Shown here piece by piece: positions 30,417 through 40,675 of a stretch of DNA of 64,000 nt. Source of the DNA: a virus (Duplodnaviria; Caudoviricetes); the IMG/VR virus record IMGVR_UViG_3300031555_004728, positions 211,513 through 275,512 of that record; one strand, given 5' to 3'. Within the stretch, counting starts at the first letter, position 1, and every line of letters starts with the position of its first letter. A model generated the notes under the pieces. The model did not search any database, had not been told where the DNA came from, and saw nothing but the letters and a program-made list of their open reading frames with translations. The translations under genes were made by a program, and so were the position numbers.

Positions 30417-30875
30417 TTTCAAGTTATAAATCCGAGTCAAAAGAAAGTAAATATATAATAAAAAAGAACTAAATTAAAAATAAATTAATAAAAATAGTAA
30501 AAAAGAATTAAAAGATAATAAAAAATAATAAAAAGAATTAAAGATAATAAAAAAAGATTAAAAAATTAAAAATAATAAAAAAGAATTAAAAAAATTAAAT
30601 AAAAATTAAAAGATAATAAAAAATTAATAATAAAAATATTAAAGAGAAATAAAAAAATAAATAATAAAATTAAATAATAAAAATAAAAAAAAAATAAATA
30701 AAAAATAATAAAAAATAATAAGATAAACAAAATAAATAAAGGGGAGAAAGAAAAGAAAAATAAAGAAAATAAATAATAAAAAAAGAAAAAGAAAGAAGAT
30801 AATAAAAAAGAACGACGACGAAGGAGGAGTTCTTTTTTATTATATTTTTTTTTGACCCGAATTATTACTTGAAAC
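30417..30875. repeat. A-rich, almost C-free low-complexity tract flanked by about 50-bp imperfect inverted repeats
   Basis: Left arm GTTTCAAGT..GTCAAAA..TATAATAAAAAAGAACT is mirrored at about 30828-30875; interior made of AATAATAAAAAAGAATTAAAA-type repeats. Confidence 0.8.
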
Positions 30876-30964
30876 AGTCATAAATATTGTTCTTAATATA
30901 AATAATAATTTATATAAAATCTACTAATAGAGCATAATAAACTCTATTAGTAGATTAATTTATT

Positions 30965-32242
30965 TTATTTCAAAACAGTGTCTATTAATAATAGATTTGA
31001 TTTAATAACAGACATAATTGTATATAACTCATTATCTATTAGGTATCCTTTTGATTCTAAAGTATCTAATACTTTAGTTAATTCATTTTTAGTACCTTTA
31101 ATCATAAATTTAATATTTGATGATCTAGGAATTAAGTTATATACTTCAAGTTTTGAATAATGCATTTTTTGTTTTTGATTTTTAGATGATTCTTCTATTG
31201 AGATTTCTTTAAGTATATTTAATCTATATTTATCTAATGCTTTTATAGCATCATTATAAATACTGGCAACTCCTGCTTTATCCCTAATTTCAAATGGTAA
31301 TTCATATTTAGTTTCAGTACCAACTATAGTCTTTAAGTCAGTCATATAGTAAACTACATTTGTGAATGATAAAAACTTAATTAACGTTTCCATTGTACCT
31401 GATATTGCAAAATGATAAATTAAATCATCATCTTTATTAATATTATAATTATAATGAGATGCTTCACTCTTCATATAACTAACATCATATACCAGTTCTT
31501 TAGAACTATTATAATTACACATTTTAATTTCTTTAATAGGATTTCTTATATGTGTACATACACATTTTACAGATGTATTTACTAACTTAAGAAATTCATC
31601 ATCAAATCTAACATCTGTTAAAATATCTCTTGGTGCAAGAGTTTTATTTATATAAGAATAAAATTCTTGTACAAATAATTTTGCACAATAATTTTCAAAT
31701 TCTTTTGTTCCTTCTTCATAATACTCTCCTTTTACATTCTTTTTACGTAAAGTAAATTCTGGAAAAGCATTAAATAATGAAAGAATATCAATCCCACTAA
31801 ATCTTGCAATAGCATCGAATCTATATGAACCAATATCAAACATACCAAAATAATTAGGATCTTCTTTTCTAACACCTTGATTTGTTATCAAATAATTATG
31901 ATATGATAAAAGAGAATCTCTTAAAACTTCAATATCTTTCTTTCTCTTTTTATCTTCTTCATTCATAACTGATTTAGGAGGTATAGGTAATACAACATCT
32001 CCTGTTATTGGTTCTGGTGTTTTAAAGAATGCTGATGTATTTGATGAATCGAATATGATAGAAGAAGAACAAAAACTTTTTAAAAATAAAACTTCAATAC
32101 CCTTTAAATTTGTAAGATAAAAACAAATTTCTACGTTTTCATAAAAAGAATTTGCTTTTTGACCAAAGGATAAATCTCTACTATTTTTATAAGAATCAAC
32201 TAGTCTATTAATACTATTAGAAGTAACTTTTACAATTCTCAT
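30965..32242 (-). CDS. Hypothetical protein (start reassigned to MRIVKV)
   Basis: Long ORF; GGAGG RBS precedes the ATG at 32242. Confidence 0.7.
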   Translation of the reverse strand: MRIVKVTSNSINRLVDSYKNSRDLSFGQKANSFYENVEICFYLTNLKGIEVLFLKSFCSSSIIFDSSNTSAFFKTPEPITGDVVLPIPPKSVMNEEDKKRKKDIEVLRDSLLSYHNYLITNQGVRKEDPNYFGMFDIGSYRFDAIARFSGIDILSLFNAFPEFTLRKKNVKGEYYEEGTKEFENYCAKLFVQEFYSYINKTLAPRDILTDVRFDDEFLKLVNTSVKCVCTHIRNPIKEIKMCNYNSSKELVYDVSYMKSEASHYNYNINKDDDLIYHFAISGTMETLIKFLSFTNVVYYMTDLKTIVGTETKYELPFEIRDKAGVASIYNDAIKALDKYRLNILKEISIEESSKNQKQKMHYSKLEVYNLIPRSSNIKFMIKGTKNELTKVLDTLESKGYLIDNELYTIMSVIKSNLLLIDTVLK

Positions 32243-32246
32243 ATTT

Positions 32247-32396
32247 TTATTCCTCCGTATCACCTTTACTTAATTCTTCACATTCCATGATACCATTTTT
32301 ATATGACCAATTATTACAACCATTACACTCTTCTACACCTTCAGTAATAGCAGTAATAATTTCTTGTTTTGTTTTACATCCTCTTGGGCAATTCAT
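32247..32396 (-). CDS. Small Cys-rich protein (49 aa)
   Basis: Hand translation MNCPRGCKTKQEIITAITEGVEECNGCNNWSYKNGIMECEELSKGDTEE*; AAGGAG RBS. Confidence 0.65.
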   Translation of the reverse strand: MNCPRGCKTKQEIITAITEGVEECNGCNNWSYKNGIMECEELSKGDTEE

Positions 32397-32561
32397 GATT
32401 TTAATCTCCTTTCAAAATTTCCTTTATAATGAAGTTTTTTCATTATTTATTTAAAAAGTATAATAATATACATTAATTTAATACTGATTTAATAAAAGAT
32501 GCGAAGTCTCCTATACAAAAATATATAGAAGAGGAAAAATTGAATTCCTCTTCTATATATT

Positions 32562-33311
32562 TTATTTCACTTTTAAAATGACATCAAAACTCTTTTTATA
32601 AATAGTTTTTGTTTGTGATACATATGTAGAAATAAGTTCATTAAACTTTTTAAGTTTATGATGAATTCTACCACAATTATCTTTTCTTTTATTTAATTCA
32701 GGATCATCACCAATTTTGTTATCATGACGAAAAGCATTAAAATCATTTAATTCATTTTCATCCTTCTTTATTTCCGAAAACATCTCTTCGAATAAATCAA
32801 TAATATCATCCATATCATTAAAATATTTTAACATTTTACGACATTCAGATGTTGCTTTATATGTATTATATTCATCTTTAAATGAAAATACATCTGTAGT
32901 TAATTTATATATATTTTTAAGAGTCTTCTCAACAGATTCAAATGTATTATTTAAATCTTCTCCTGAACTAAAAGACTTAGAAACAAAAGAAAGTAATTTC
33001 TCTCCACAAGATAAATTTGCCTCTATTAATTCTTTAATTAAATCTAATCTTGTAAGAGTAATTGTCTTTTTAGCTAAGTCATTATCATTTTCACATTTTT
33101 TAAGTAATGACTCTAAATTAGAATCAATTTCTTTTAATTTTGTAACACCAATCTCTTCAATAAAGTTATCAAAATCTTCTGATATATTTTTAATATTCAT
33201 TGAATATCCATTAATATTAACACTTTCAGTTACATCAAAAGTGTTAATATTTCTAAGTTCCGACATAATTTCTAGTAAATTTTCTTTATTTAAAGACCAA
33301 ATATTAGCCAT
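32562..33311 (-). CDS. Hypothetical helical protein
   Basis: 249-aa ORF; AACA-N6-TA at 33348-33359. Confidence 0.7.
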   Translation of the reverse strand: MANIWSLNKENLLEIMSELRNINTFDVTESVNINGYSMNIKNISEDFDNFIEEIGVTKLKEIDSNLESLLKKCENDNDLAKKTITLTRLDLIKELIEANLSCGEKLLSFVSKSFSSGEDLNNTFESVEKTLKNIYKLTTDVFSFKDEYNTYKATSECRKMLKYFNDMDDIIDLFEEMFSEIKKDENELNDFNAFRHDNKIGDDPELNKRKDNCGRIHHKLKKFNELISTYVSQTKTIYKKSFDVILKVK

Positions 33312-33380
33312 TATAATTACCTACTTTCTAGACTTTTATTTTAATATTAGTAAAATGTTTTTTAGTATATGAAATGGTGA

Positions 33381-33388
33381 TATATTAT
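33381..33388 (+). promoter_or_regulatory. Phage early-type promoter motif TATATTAT
   Basis: Precedes the 33419-36271 operon; the same 8-mer precedes about 10 other transcription units. Confidence 0.55.
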
Positions 33389-33418
33389 TTTATTGAGTTT
33401 AAATAAGGGGGTTAATAT

Positions 33419-33616
33419 ATGGTAGCCGATCATTTTATATCAGCGATTGATAATTTGAATAATGTCTTATATATAGGTAAATATTCTTTAAAACATAAAG
33501 ATACACATAAAAAAGATAAGAAACGAATCAAGAAACTTATAAAAGCTTTTAAAGATGAAAATTTAAAAGACTTTATAGATTTTGATTGCTTAGAGGAAGA
33601 CATTTATGAAGACTAA
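33419..33616 (+). CDS. Hypothetical protein
   Basis: 65-aa ORF with AAGGGGG RBS. Confidence 0.6.
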   Translation: MVADHFISAIDNLNNVLYIGKYSLKHKDTHKKDKKRIKKLIKAFKDENLKDFIDFDCLEEDIYED

Positions 33617-34208
33617 CTATAAGTATTGGATATTTTATGCGAATGAAACATACATAGATGAATTGACATGTCTCATTGATAAAGGTGATCTAATTTATGC
33701 ATATACAGATGATAAACAGATTGCAAATATATTTGAGATTTATCATGATATGTCTAAAATTAAAAAGAAACATGTAAATCTAACACGATTTGAAGTGAAT
33801 CAATTAGCAAGAGACCATCAAACTAAAATTATTAAAATGAGAAAATTCTTAACTAAAGATAAAGATGGTAAAAGAATGGAATTAAATATTCCAGTTACTG
33901 TAATGGAAGAGCAACATATAGATTTACAAATAATAGCTACACTAAATAAACTTATATATCAAGTAGTAAAAACACCATGTCCGGTTAAAATCTTTAAAGA
34001 AGAGATAGTTAAGGAATTTGAAAAGATAAGGTTATTTTCAATTATAAATCATTCTAAATTAAATGAAGATTATATAAATATCGGTAATGATTGTATTTTA
34101 TTTAGTGATAATCTTAAAAAAGGAAGTAAAATATTTGCAGATGAATTATCAATTTATATTCATTTATTTGGAAATATTTTAAATTTGAATATTGGAGGAG
34201 ATATTTAA
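33606..34208 (+). CDS. Paralogue family member 1 (YAxT..K...F...DM motif)
   Basis: LIYAYTDDKQIANIFEIYHDMSK; C-terminal DELSIYIHLFG. Confidence 0.75.
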   Translation: MKTNYKYWIFYANETYIDELTCLIDKGDLIYAYTDDKQIANIFEIYHDMSKIKKKHVNLTRFEVNQLARDHQTKIIKMRKFLTKDKDGKRMELNIPVTVMEEQHIDLQIIATLNKLIYQVVKTPCPVKIFKEEIVKEFEKIRLFSIINHSKLNEDYINIGNDCILFSDNLKKGSKIFADELSIYIHLFGNILNLNIGGDI

Positions 34209-34909
34209 TGGAACTAAAAACAGTTGATTTAGTCTATTACCTTATATTCATTTCAGTATCACAAGAATTTAGAGATAAACATAAAGTTTTATCTAACGGA
34301 TTTATTAACCTTCAATGGACATATTCATCTGAAAAAGATGAATATAATGCATTATATGCATATACTACAGATAAAAAGATTTTAAAAGAGTTTAAACGAA
34401 CTCGTGATATGTCATTATTCACAATCTATAAATTAGGATTTAATGTATTGGAACAGGATAAAAATGCTGTAAATATAAATGAAAGTATGAAATTGGATTA
34501 TTTCCTATATAAATCTGGACCAAAAGGTGAAGAAACAGCAATATTATCAAATGAAAATGAACATGAAATATGTGAAACTTTACCACATCTTATAGAAATG
34601 AATATAAAAAATCCATATTTACCAGATCCCCAATTAATTAATATTGATTTATTAAAGGTACTGGAAATGATTTCATATTCATTTCATTTTTATTCTTATG
34701 TGATTGAAGCACCATCTAATTTAGAAAATAACTTGGATAATTTTAATCCACAAGCTGAATTACTAGCAGAGAGATATGATGTATTTTGGAATAATTATAG
34801 ATTTGCATATAATGGAAAATATATGAATGAATATAACCAAGAAGGAAGAAGTGTTACTGTAAATGAATTAATGGCATTTATAAATACATTTGGTATGTTA
34901 TTTAAATAG
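34208..34909 (+). CDS. Paralogue family member 2
   Basis: LYAYTTDKKILKEFKRTRDMSLF; C-terminal NELMAFINTFG. Confidence 0.75.
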   Translation: MELKTVDLVYYLIFISVSQEFRDKHKVLSNGFINLQWTYSSEKDEYNALYAYTTDKKILKEFKRTRDMSLFTIYKLGFNVLEQDKNAVNINESMKLDYFLYKSGPKGEETAILSNENEHEICETLPHLIEMNIKNPYLPDPQLINIDLLKVLEMISYSFHFYSYVIEAPSNLENNLDNFNPQAELLAERYDVFWNNYRFAYNGKYMNEYNQEGRSVTVNELMAFINTFGMLFK

Positions 34910-34923
34910 AAAGGATTGATATT

Positions 34924-35604
34924 GTGATAGTACATTCATTTTTCTTGAAATGTGATAAAATAGATAATCGGGAAGATTTTATATTTATGGATGAGTATTC
35001 ATATGTATTATCTGGTAAGAGTAAATATTCTATAGAACATCCAACTATTCAAAATGATGAAGGTTGTTCAAAAATACTTTATGCATTTACAAATTCGAAA
35101 GAATTAAAAGATTTATTTATGCTTACCAGAAATATGGATTTATTTTCATATTATAAACTTAATATGGATAAAAAAGAATATAATGCTATAAAGAAATCAT
35201 ATAATGATGTATTACTTTCGAAAAGAGATTTGAAAGATACAAATAGTAATAGAACTAAACTAGTTAATATTCCTATGGCTATTACTAATTTTGAAATGGA
35301 TAAAATTAATGATGAAATAATCATAGTTCAAAAATTAAGAGAGTTATTTGGGAGTGATAGTATATCATTACTTGAGTATAATTTACTTAGGGGTAAAACT
35401 AAAACACTTCTGAATTTAATTAAACTAAACGATGCTACAAATTTAGCTAGATATGGGAATTCTGGTGCTAATGATTCTGATGTAGAATTTGCTTCAAATG
35501 ATTATTATATAGCATTACAAGAGTTTTATGATAAAATGAAAATAAAGACATTTGAAGTATTTGTTGATTTGTTTAGTATTACGTTAATGAGTAAGGGGGT
35601 ATAA
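34924..35604 (+). CDS. Paralogue family member 3
   Basis: LYAFTNSKELKDLFMLTRNMDLF; C-terminal TFEVFVDLFS. Confidence 0.75.
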   Translation: MIVHSFFLKCDKIDNREDFIFMDEYSYVLSGKSKYSIEHPTIQNDEGCSKILYAFTNSKELKDLFMLTRNMDLFSYYKLNMDKKEYNAIKKSYNDVLLSKRDLKDTNSNRTKLVNIPMAITNFEMDKINDEIIIVQKLRELFGSDSISLLEYNLLRGKTKTLLNLIKLNDATNLARYGNSGANDSDVEFASNDYYIALQEFYDKMKIKTFEVFVDLFSITLMSKGV

Positions 35605-35605
35605 A

Positions 35606-36271
35606 ATGAAAGTATGGTTATTTTATATAGCATCAAAAGAAATAGATAACCTTCCATTTGATAGTGAAAGCCGTGAGAAAAAAGAATTATATGCTTTGAC
35701 CAATTCAAAAAAATTAGCAAAAGGGTTTAAAGATACACGTAATATGGAAAAATTTGTTCTTCGAAAACATGAAATGGAAAAGAGTGATTATAGTAGATTA
35801 GCAAATGATAATAGAGAGTGTGTATTAGAGTGGTCAAAAATAAAATCTAAAAAAGAAAATCCATATCCAGAAACAGCAAGTGAATCGTTTGGAAAATGTG
35901 TTGATGAATATACTTTTCCTATAACGTTTTTAGAAAAACAAAGTATGCTTGAAGCATGTGATACATTTTTCGAACACTGTAGTTTAATATTACCATCACC
36001 ATATTTATTTAAATGGGATTTGAAATTATTTATGAAACGATTAGGGTTTGAATATATTTACAAACTCAAAAATTTCCCATTTATAGGAGGCGATAATATG
36101 CTTCCAGACTCAATTGATTTAAGTGGAGAGTTGATTGGTGAAAAGAAACAAGACCTCACATATGCAGAAAGAAGATTTTTACAAGAAGATATGGATTTTA
36201 GTATGCCAGAAATTTGGGTAGATCAATTAGAAGTATTTTTACAATTATATCATCATTTAATGAATTTATAA
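35606..36271 (+). CDS. Paralogue family member 4
   Basis: LYALTNSKKLAKGFKDTRNMEKF; C-terminal DQLEVFLQLYH. Confidence 0.75.
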   Translation: MKVWLFYIASKEIDNLPFDSESREKKELYALTNSKKLAKGFKDTRNMEKFVLRKHEMEKSDYSRLANDNRECVLEWSKIKSKKENPYPETASESFGKCVDEYTFPITFLEKQSMLEACDTFFEHCSLILPSPYLFKWDLKLFMKRLGFEYIYKLKNFPFIGGDNMLPDSIDLSGELIGEKKQDLTYAERRFLQEDMDFSMPEIWVDQLEVFLQLYHHLMNL

Positions 36272-36363
36272 TTTGTTAAATGATGATATATTATTTTTAT
36301 GTAAAAAAGAATAAAATGATTCACATCATTTTAAAAAATTAAATGTTAAAGGAGATTAAAACT

Positions 36364-37092
36364 ATGAGTAACGTAAGTGCAATGTACTTAACAGAAGACA
36401 TTAAAAGTCAAATGTCAGATCAAGAAATGACTGTATACGCAGCATTATCAAAAAGAAAAATCTATAGAGATAGATTACAAAAACTTTTAGATCCAGCAAC
36501 AAAATTTGTTGGTACAAAAATTGGTAACCCTGCAGAAATTAATGGAATATCAGAAGAAGATTTCATTAATAAATGCAAATCAAATTATGATAAAGCAGTG
36601 GCAGTTATTCATAACTTCCATGCGCTTAACGCAGCAATTACACAGAGTAATGCTAAAACTACTATTACAATTAATAATGAAAGTTTCACAGTTGCAGAAG
36701 CAATTGTAAGATACGATCAGCTTAATGCTGAAATTTCATTCCTTAATAAGATCGCTGAAGATGTTGCAAAAGCAACAGCAACCATAACAAGAGTCAACAC
36801 AGACAAATTGTCAGATGAAGTTATCACAAAACATGTAAACAAAGTTATGGAATCACTATCAACAACACTTGCAACTGCAACAGATTCAGATACTGATGCA
36901 ATTAATGTTATGATGGATAAAATTCGTACAGATTATATTACAAATAATACATGTACACTCATTGATCCATATGATCATACATCAAAGATTGAAGATAAAA
37001 TGGAAAAATTAAGAGAGTACATGGATCAGTTCAATGAAGCTCTTAATATTTGTAATATGAAGACAGTTATCACTGTTAAATTATTACCATAA
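36364..37092 (+). CDS. Coiled-coil protein of the DIP1984/DUF6847-like family (start reassigned to MSNVSAM)
   Basis: MTVYAAL..K, L..AI.QSNA.T.ITI....TVAEAI, LIDP, AL...N..T.I motifs; AAGGAG RBS. Confidence 0.6.
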   Translation: MSNVSAMYLTEDIKSQMSDQEMTVYAALSKRKIYRDRLQKLLDPATKFVGTKIGNPAEINGISEEDFINKCKSNYDKAVAVIHNFHALNAAITQSNAKTTITINNESFTVAEAIVRYDQLNAEISFLNKIAEDVAKATATITRVNTDKLSDEVITKHVNKVMESLSTTLATATDSDTDAINVMMDKIRTDYITNNTCTLIDPYDHTSKIEDKMEKLREYMDQFNEALNICNMKTVITVKLLP

Positions 37093-37158
37093 TTTGGTTA
37101 ATAATATACATATACCAATAAGTAGTTTTATGCTACTTATTTAAGTTTCATTTAAGTA

Positions 37159-37523
37159 TGGGCATGAAGTCCCCTTATGAGAATAAATAATAAACAGGTT
37201 ACAAGTTAATCTAATATTACATTTATACTCCCCTCAAAAAATTATTGAATCAAAAAGGCAAATCCAGCCAAACAAAACTTCATGCCCAAAAAAGAGTCCA
37301 GGATAATTAACATACCAATACTAATTCTGTTTATGAAAGAGTATTTCTCCTTAAGTCTGGTATACGATAACCCAAATATATCAGATAGTATAATATTTAT
37401 TATTTATTATTTATGTCATATATATGATCTCATCTATAATTATTTTATATAGGTGTAATATGACCATATTTACACAAAATTCTAACAAGAGAAAATTGAA
37501 AACCTCATCCTGGATTCTTTTTT
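37159..37523 (+). ncRNA. Candidate structured RNA downstream of the DIP1984-like gene
   Basis: TGGGCATGAAGT/ACTTCATGCCCA (12 bp) and AAAAAAGAGTCCAGGAT/ATCCTGGATTCTTTTTT long-range stems with nested hairpins; G-U pairs favour the plus strand. Confidence 0.55.
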
Positions 37524-37581
37524 GTATTTAATTGATTTGACATTTTGTTAATTTTAAGCATTAATAAGGTGGTGTAAATCA

Positions 37582-38256
37582 ATGAGTAAAAAAGGGAAAA
37601 AAGTCACAAAAATTCCTAAAATGAATAAGTTTGAATATAGAGTACCATTAGATTCTTTTAAAAATAGAGATAAATTTATTAAACGAGTTGAGAGATTAAT
37701 TCGTTCATCTTTAGAATATAGAGATTTGATGTTTTATCTTAAAGAAAATATGGATTTTAATCAGTGCTCATTTTTTATTCATGTTGAAAATGGGAATGGA
37801 ATAAAAGCTAGAATTGAAATTCATCACGAACCATTTACATTATATGATATCGTTGATACAGTATTGACTAAATTTGAGCAGGAAGGTAGACCTATAAATG
37901 ATATGTATATTGCTGATGAAGCGATGGAATTACATTATAGAAATATGGTCGGTTTAATACCTTTATCTAAAACTATTCATGAAGTAGTTCATAGTAGTTA
38001 TAAAGAAGGAACAAACAAATTATTCATTCCTATGAATTTAGTTTATGGAAACTTTAGAGAATTCATTAAAGAATATGGTGAATATATTGATGATTCTATT
38101 TATGAAAGATATAAATTCAAGATAGATAGTTCAAAAGGTTTAACACAAGAATCATTTAATGCTATTATGACTGAATTTGAATATCTTGAAATTGGAGGAA
38201 ATGAACAACTTCAAAAATTTGAAGATGAAAGTGATGAAAATATTTTAGTTGCATAA
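37582..38256 (+). CDS. HNH-like fold hypothetical protein, paralogue of 44810..45451
   Basis: FIKRVERLIRSS.EY, C, IEIHHEPFTLYD, L.PLSKTIHEVVH. Confidence 0.65.
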   Translation: MSKKGKKVTKIPKMNKFEYRVPLDSFKNRDKFIKRVERLIRSSLEYRDLMFYLKENMDFNQCSFFIHVENGNGIKARIEIHHEPFTLYDIVDTVLTKFEQEGRPINDMYIADEAMELHYRNMVGLIPLSKTIHEVVHSSYKEGTNKLFIPMNLVYGNFREFIKEYGEYIDDSIYERYKFKIDSSKGLTQESFNAIMTEFEYLEIGGNEQLQKFEDESDENILVA

Positions 38257-38381
38257 AATATGAAGAAGTATCTACTTTTGTAGATACTTCTTCATATAAG
38301 TTTAAATTTTAAGAAATATATTATTTCTTAGAATGATTATACATAAATAATCATATTATTGAGGGAAGGAGAAAATACGAA

Positions 38382-39725
38382 ATGTCTGATAGTGAATTTA
38401 TTTTAGATGCTGATTCAGAAGATAGTATAGACTTAACTGATGAATCGGCTGTAGAGAAATTAAAGCCAACAACTGATGTAGCACATTCAATATTAGAACC
38501 TATGAAAATCGAACCTTTGAAACTACCGCAGCATATTATTGACCAGATGATGGCAAGTTATGATGTAGTATGTCTTAATGATTTTCAAGATATGTATCAT
38601 ATGTCTGAAGAAGAAAGAAAACGTTCATTCCAATTCTATGAAGTCTTTAGAGAAATGAGAATGATAAAAATTAAACATAGAACTTTAAATTCATATGTAG
38701 AAGCATACAGAATTATGCTTAAGGTTCTTAATGCAGTTGCAGAAGTTAATGGTGTTTATGAAAAAGATGAATTCATTAAGAAAGTTCTTAAGGGTAAGAT
38801 TAAAGTTTCAGGTCTTAAGAAACCGAAATATGTTGGACGTGGAAAGAAAGATATTAACTGGGAATTAGTATCTGAATATATTTTGGACTTAGATAAAGAT
38901 CCAAAAGACTTAATGAAATATAAAAATGAAGCATATTTCGATTGTATAACAGAAGATGATATTAAAGAATTAGAAGAAGACCTTGGAACTACAATTGAAG
39001 ATTACATGGATAGCCATGAAGATGTATCAGATAAATATCTTGAAGAGATAGATGTAGAAGAAACAGATGTTGCAGGAATGAATGTGGTTATTCCATTATC
39101 TAAGAAAGAACAAAGAAACTTATTAAAGAATAATAGGGGAATTCTTATAGGTATTAAAGATGCTGCTAAAATGAGAAATTCTAACGTGAGTAGAATTTAT
39201 TCATCCTATGCGTACGAGCTTACGAGAGATGCCTTTGATGAAATCAAAGAACGAGATGAATCAACTGGTAGAATTAAATTACCTGAATTTAAAGGTTCTG
39301 CAATGAATAAATCTGATGTTGATAGATATATGTATGTTCTTGATGAGTATGATAGAGCTCATACTAAAATAGAGTATAATGGAAGATATTATACACCAGA
39401 TGATATTGATGAAATGGAACTTAAGAGAATTCTTGAAAATAATGGATTTGATATTAGAAAATTCTATAGTTACAAGAAAGATGAGAAAAGAATTCGAAAA
39501 CAACAAAAACGTGATAAAGAGAAAATAAAGAGACTTAAGAAAACTCTTAAGAAAGCAGAAAAACGTTACGAAGAAAGAGATTCGCATGGTAAAGTAAATC
39601 ATAAGAAAAAGAAAAGTAAAAAAGGCAAAAAGAAAGGAAAAAAGATAGCTAACCATGTAGCAACTAGTTCAGGTTATGAGTCATTTGATGACTATGCAAG
39701 AATGATGGAGAGTTGGAGTGATTAA
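38382..39725 (+). CDS. Hypothetical protein with Lys-rich C-terminus
   Basis: 447-aa ORF, AAGGAG RBS, TATATTAT at 38317-38324. Confidence 0.75.
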   Translation: MSDSEFILDADSEDSIDLTDESAVEKLKPTTDVAHSILEPMKIEPLKLPQHIIDQMMASYDVVCLNDFQDMYHMSEEERKRSFQFYEVFREMRMIKIKHRTLNSYVEAYRIMLKVLNAVAEVNGVYEKDEFIKKVLKGKIKVSGLKKPKYVGRGKKDINWELVSEYILDLDKDPKDLMKYKNEAYFDCITEDDIKELEEDLGTTIEDYMDSHEDVSDKYLEEIDVEETDVAGMNVVIPLSKKEQRNLLKNNRGILIGIKDAAKMRNSNVSRIYSSYAYELTRDAFDEIKERDESTGRIKLPEFKGSAMNKSDVDRYMYVLDEYDRAHTKIEYNGRYYTPDDIDEMELKRILENNGFDIRKFYSYKKDEKRIRKQQKRDKEKIKRLKKTLKKAEKRYEERDSHGKVNHKKKKSKKGKKKGKKIANHVATSSGYESFDDYARMMESWSD

Positions 39726-39727
39726 GT

Positions 39728-40675
39728 ATGTATGAAGGAAATGAAGAAATCTTATTACATTCAATGGTTAAAAAACACTTTTCACCAGAATTATTATTTG
39801 AACTCGATCGTCTTAGTATGACTCGTAATGTTGATAATAATACGAAAGGTGTTGTAGTTAATCAGATTTTAACAGCATATAATATTCCATTTAAACCATT
39901 AGGAAGCGGAACCAATAGATATGCAGTTTTAATTGAAGATTATGTATTTAAATTTGCTCTTGATGAAGATGGAAAAACTGATAACAAGAGAGAATTTATT
40001 TATTCACAAGCAGCACAACCATATGTAATTAGATTTTATGAATGTATGGCAAATGGTCTTATTGGAGTATGTGAATACTTTGAAGTATTTTCTGAAGAAG
40101 ATTTCTTTATGACAAAAAATCAAATCGAAATGAAGAAAATCTTAAAAGAATTATCACAGATATTCTTAATAGGTGATGTTGGTATTTATAAAAAGAATTA
40201 TACCAATTGGGGTTATAGACAAACTGATGGTAAAATTGGTATTTTGGATTTTGCATATTGTTATAAACTGAGTTATCAAGTATTTCAATGTACTTGTAAA
40301 GATAAAGGAATGCTTTATTATGATGACTCTTACAACCAATTAATATGTCCTTTCTGTAATAAGAAACATACATTCTGGGAAGTTCGAAAAAGAATTCCAA
40401 AAAAACAAGAACAGGAAGAAATTGGTGATCTTACTACGAAAGGATATGTTGTTAGATCAGAATGGGAAAAACAACCTTTAAATCCAAAGTTTACAGAAAT
40501 ACCAGGTAAGAAAAAGAAAAAGAAGAAAGTTATTAAAGAAGAAAAATTACCATCATATGATGATTTGACAGACTATCAGCCAAGTCCAGATGAAGCATTT
40601 GAGATGTTTGTAAAATCATTGAAAAAGAAAAATACCGAAAGTGAGGAAAATGATAATGGGAAAGAAGAAGAATAA
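39728..40675 (+). CDS. Ser/Thr protein kinase-like protein with C-terminal Zn ribbon
   Basis: LGSGTNR (Gly loop), VFKFA, N.RE, GD.....NWG, ILDFAY; C.C...CPFC. Confidence 0.65.
   Translation: MYEGNEEILLHSMVKKHFSPELLFELDRLSMTRNVDNNTKGVVVNQILTAYNIPFKPLGSGTNRYAVLIEDYVFKFALDEDGKTDNKREFIYSQAAQPYVIRFYECMANGLIGVCEYFEVFSEEDFFMTKNQIEMKKILKELSQIFLIGDVGIYKKNYTNWGYRQTDGKIGILDFAYCYKLSYQVFQCTCKDKGMLYYDDSYNQLICPFCNKKHTFWEVRKRIPKKQEQEEIGDLTTKGYVVRSEWEKQPLNPKFTEIPGKKKKKKKVIKEEKLPSYDDLTDYQPSPDEAFEMFVKSLKKKNTESEENDNGKEEE

Noticed and set aside
30965-32242. ThyX-like protein
   Set aside because: Only a vague resemblance; the RHRxxSxxxxSxR signature is missing.
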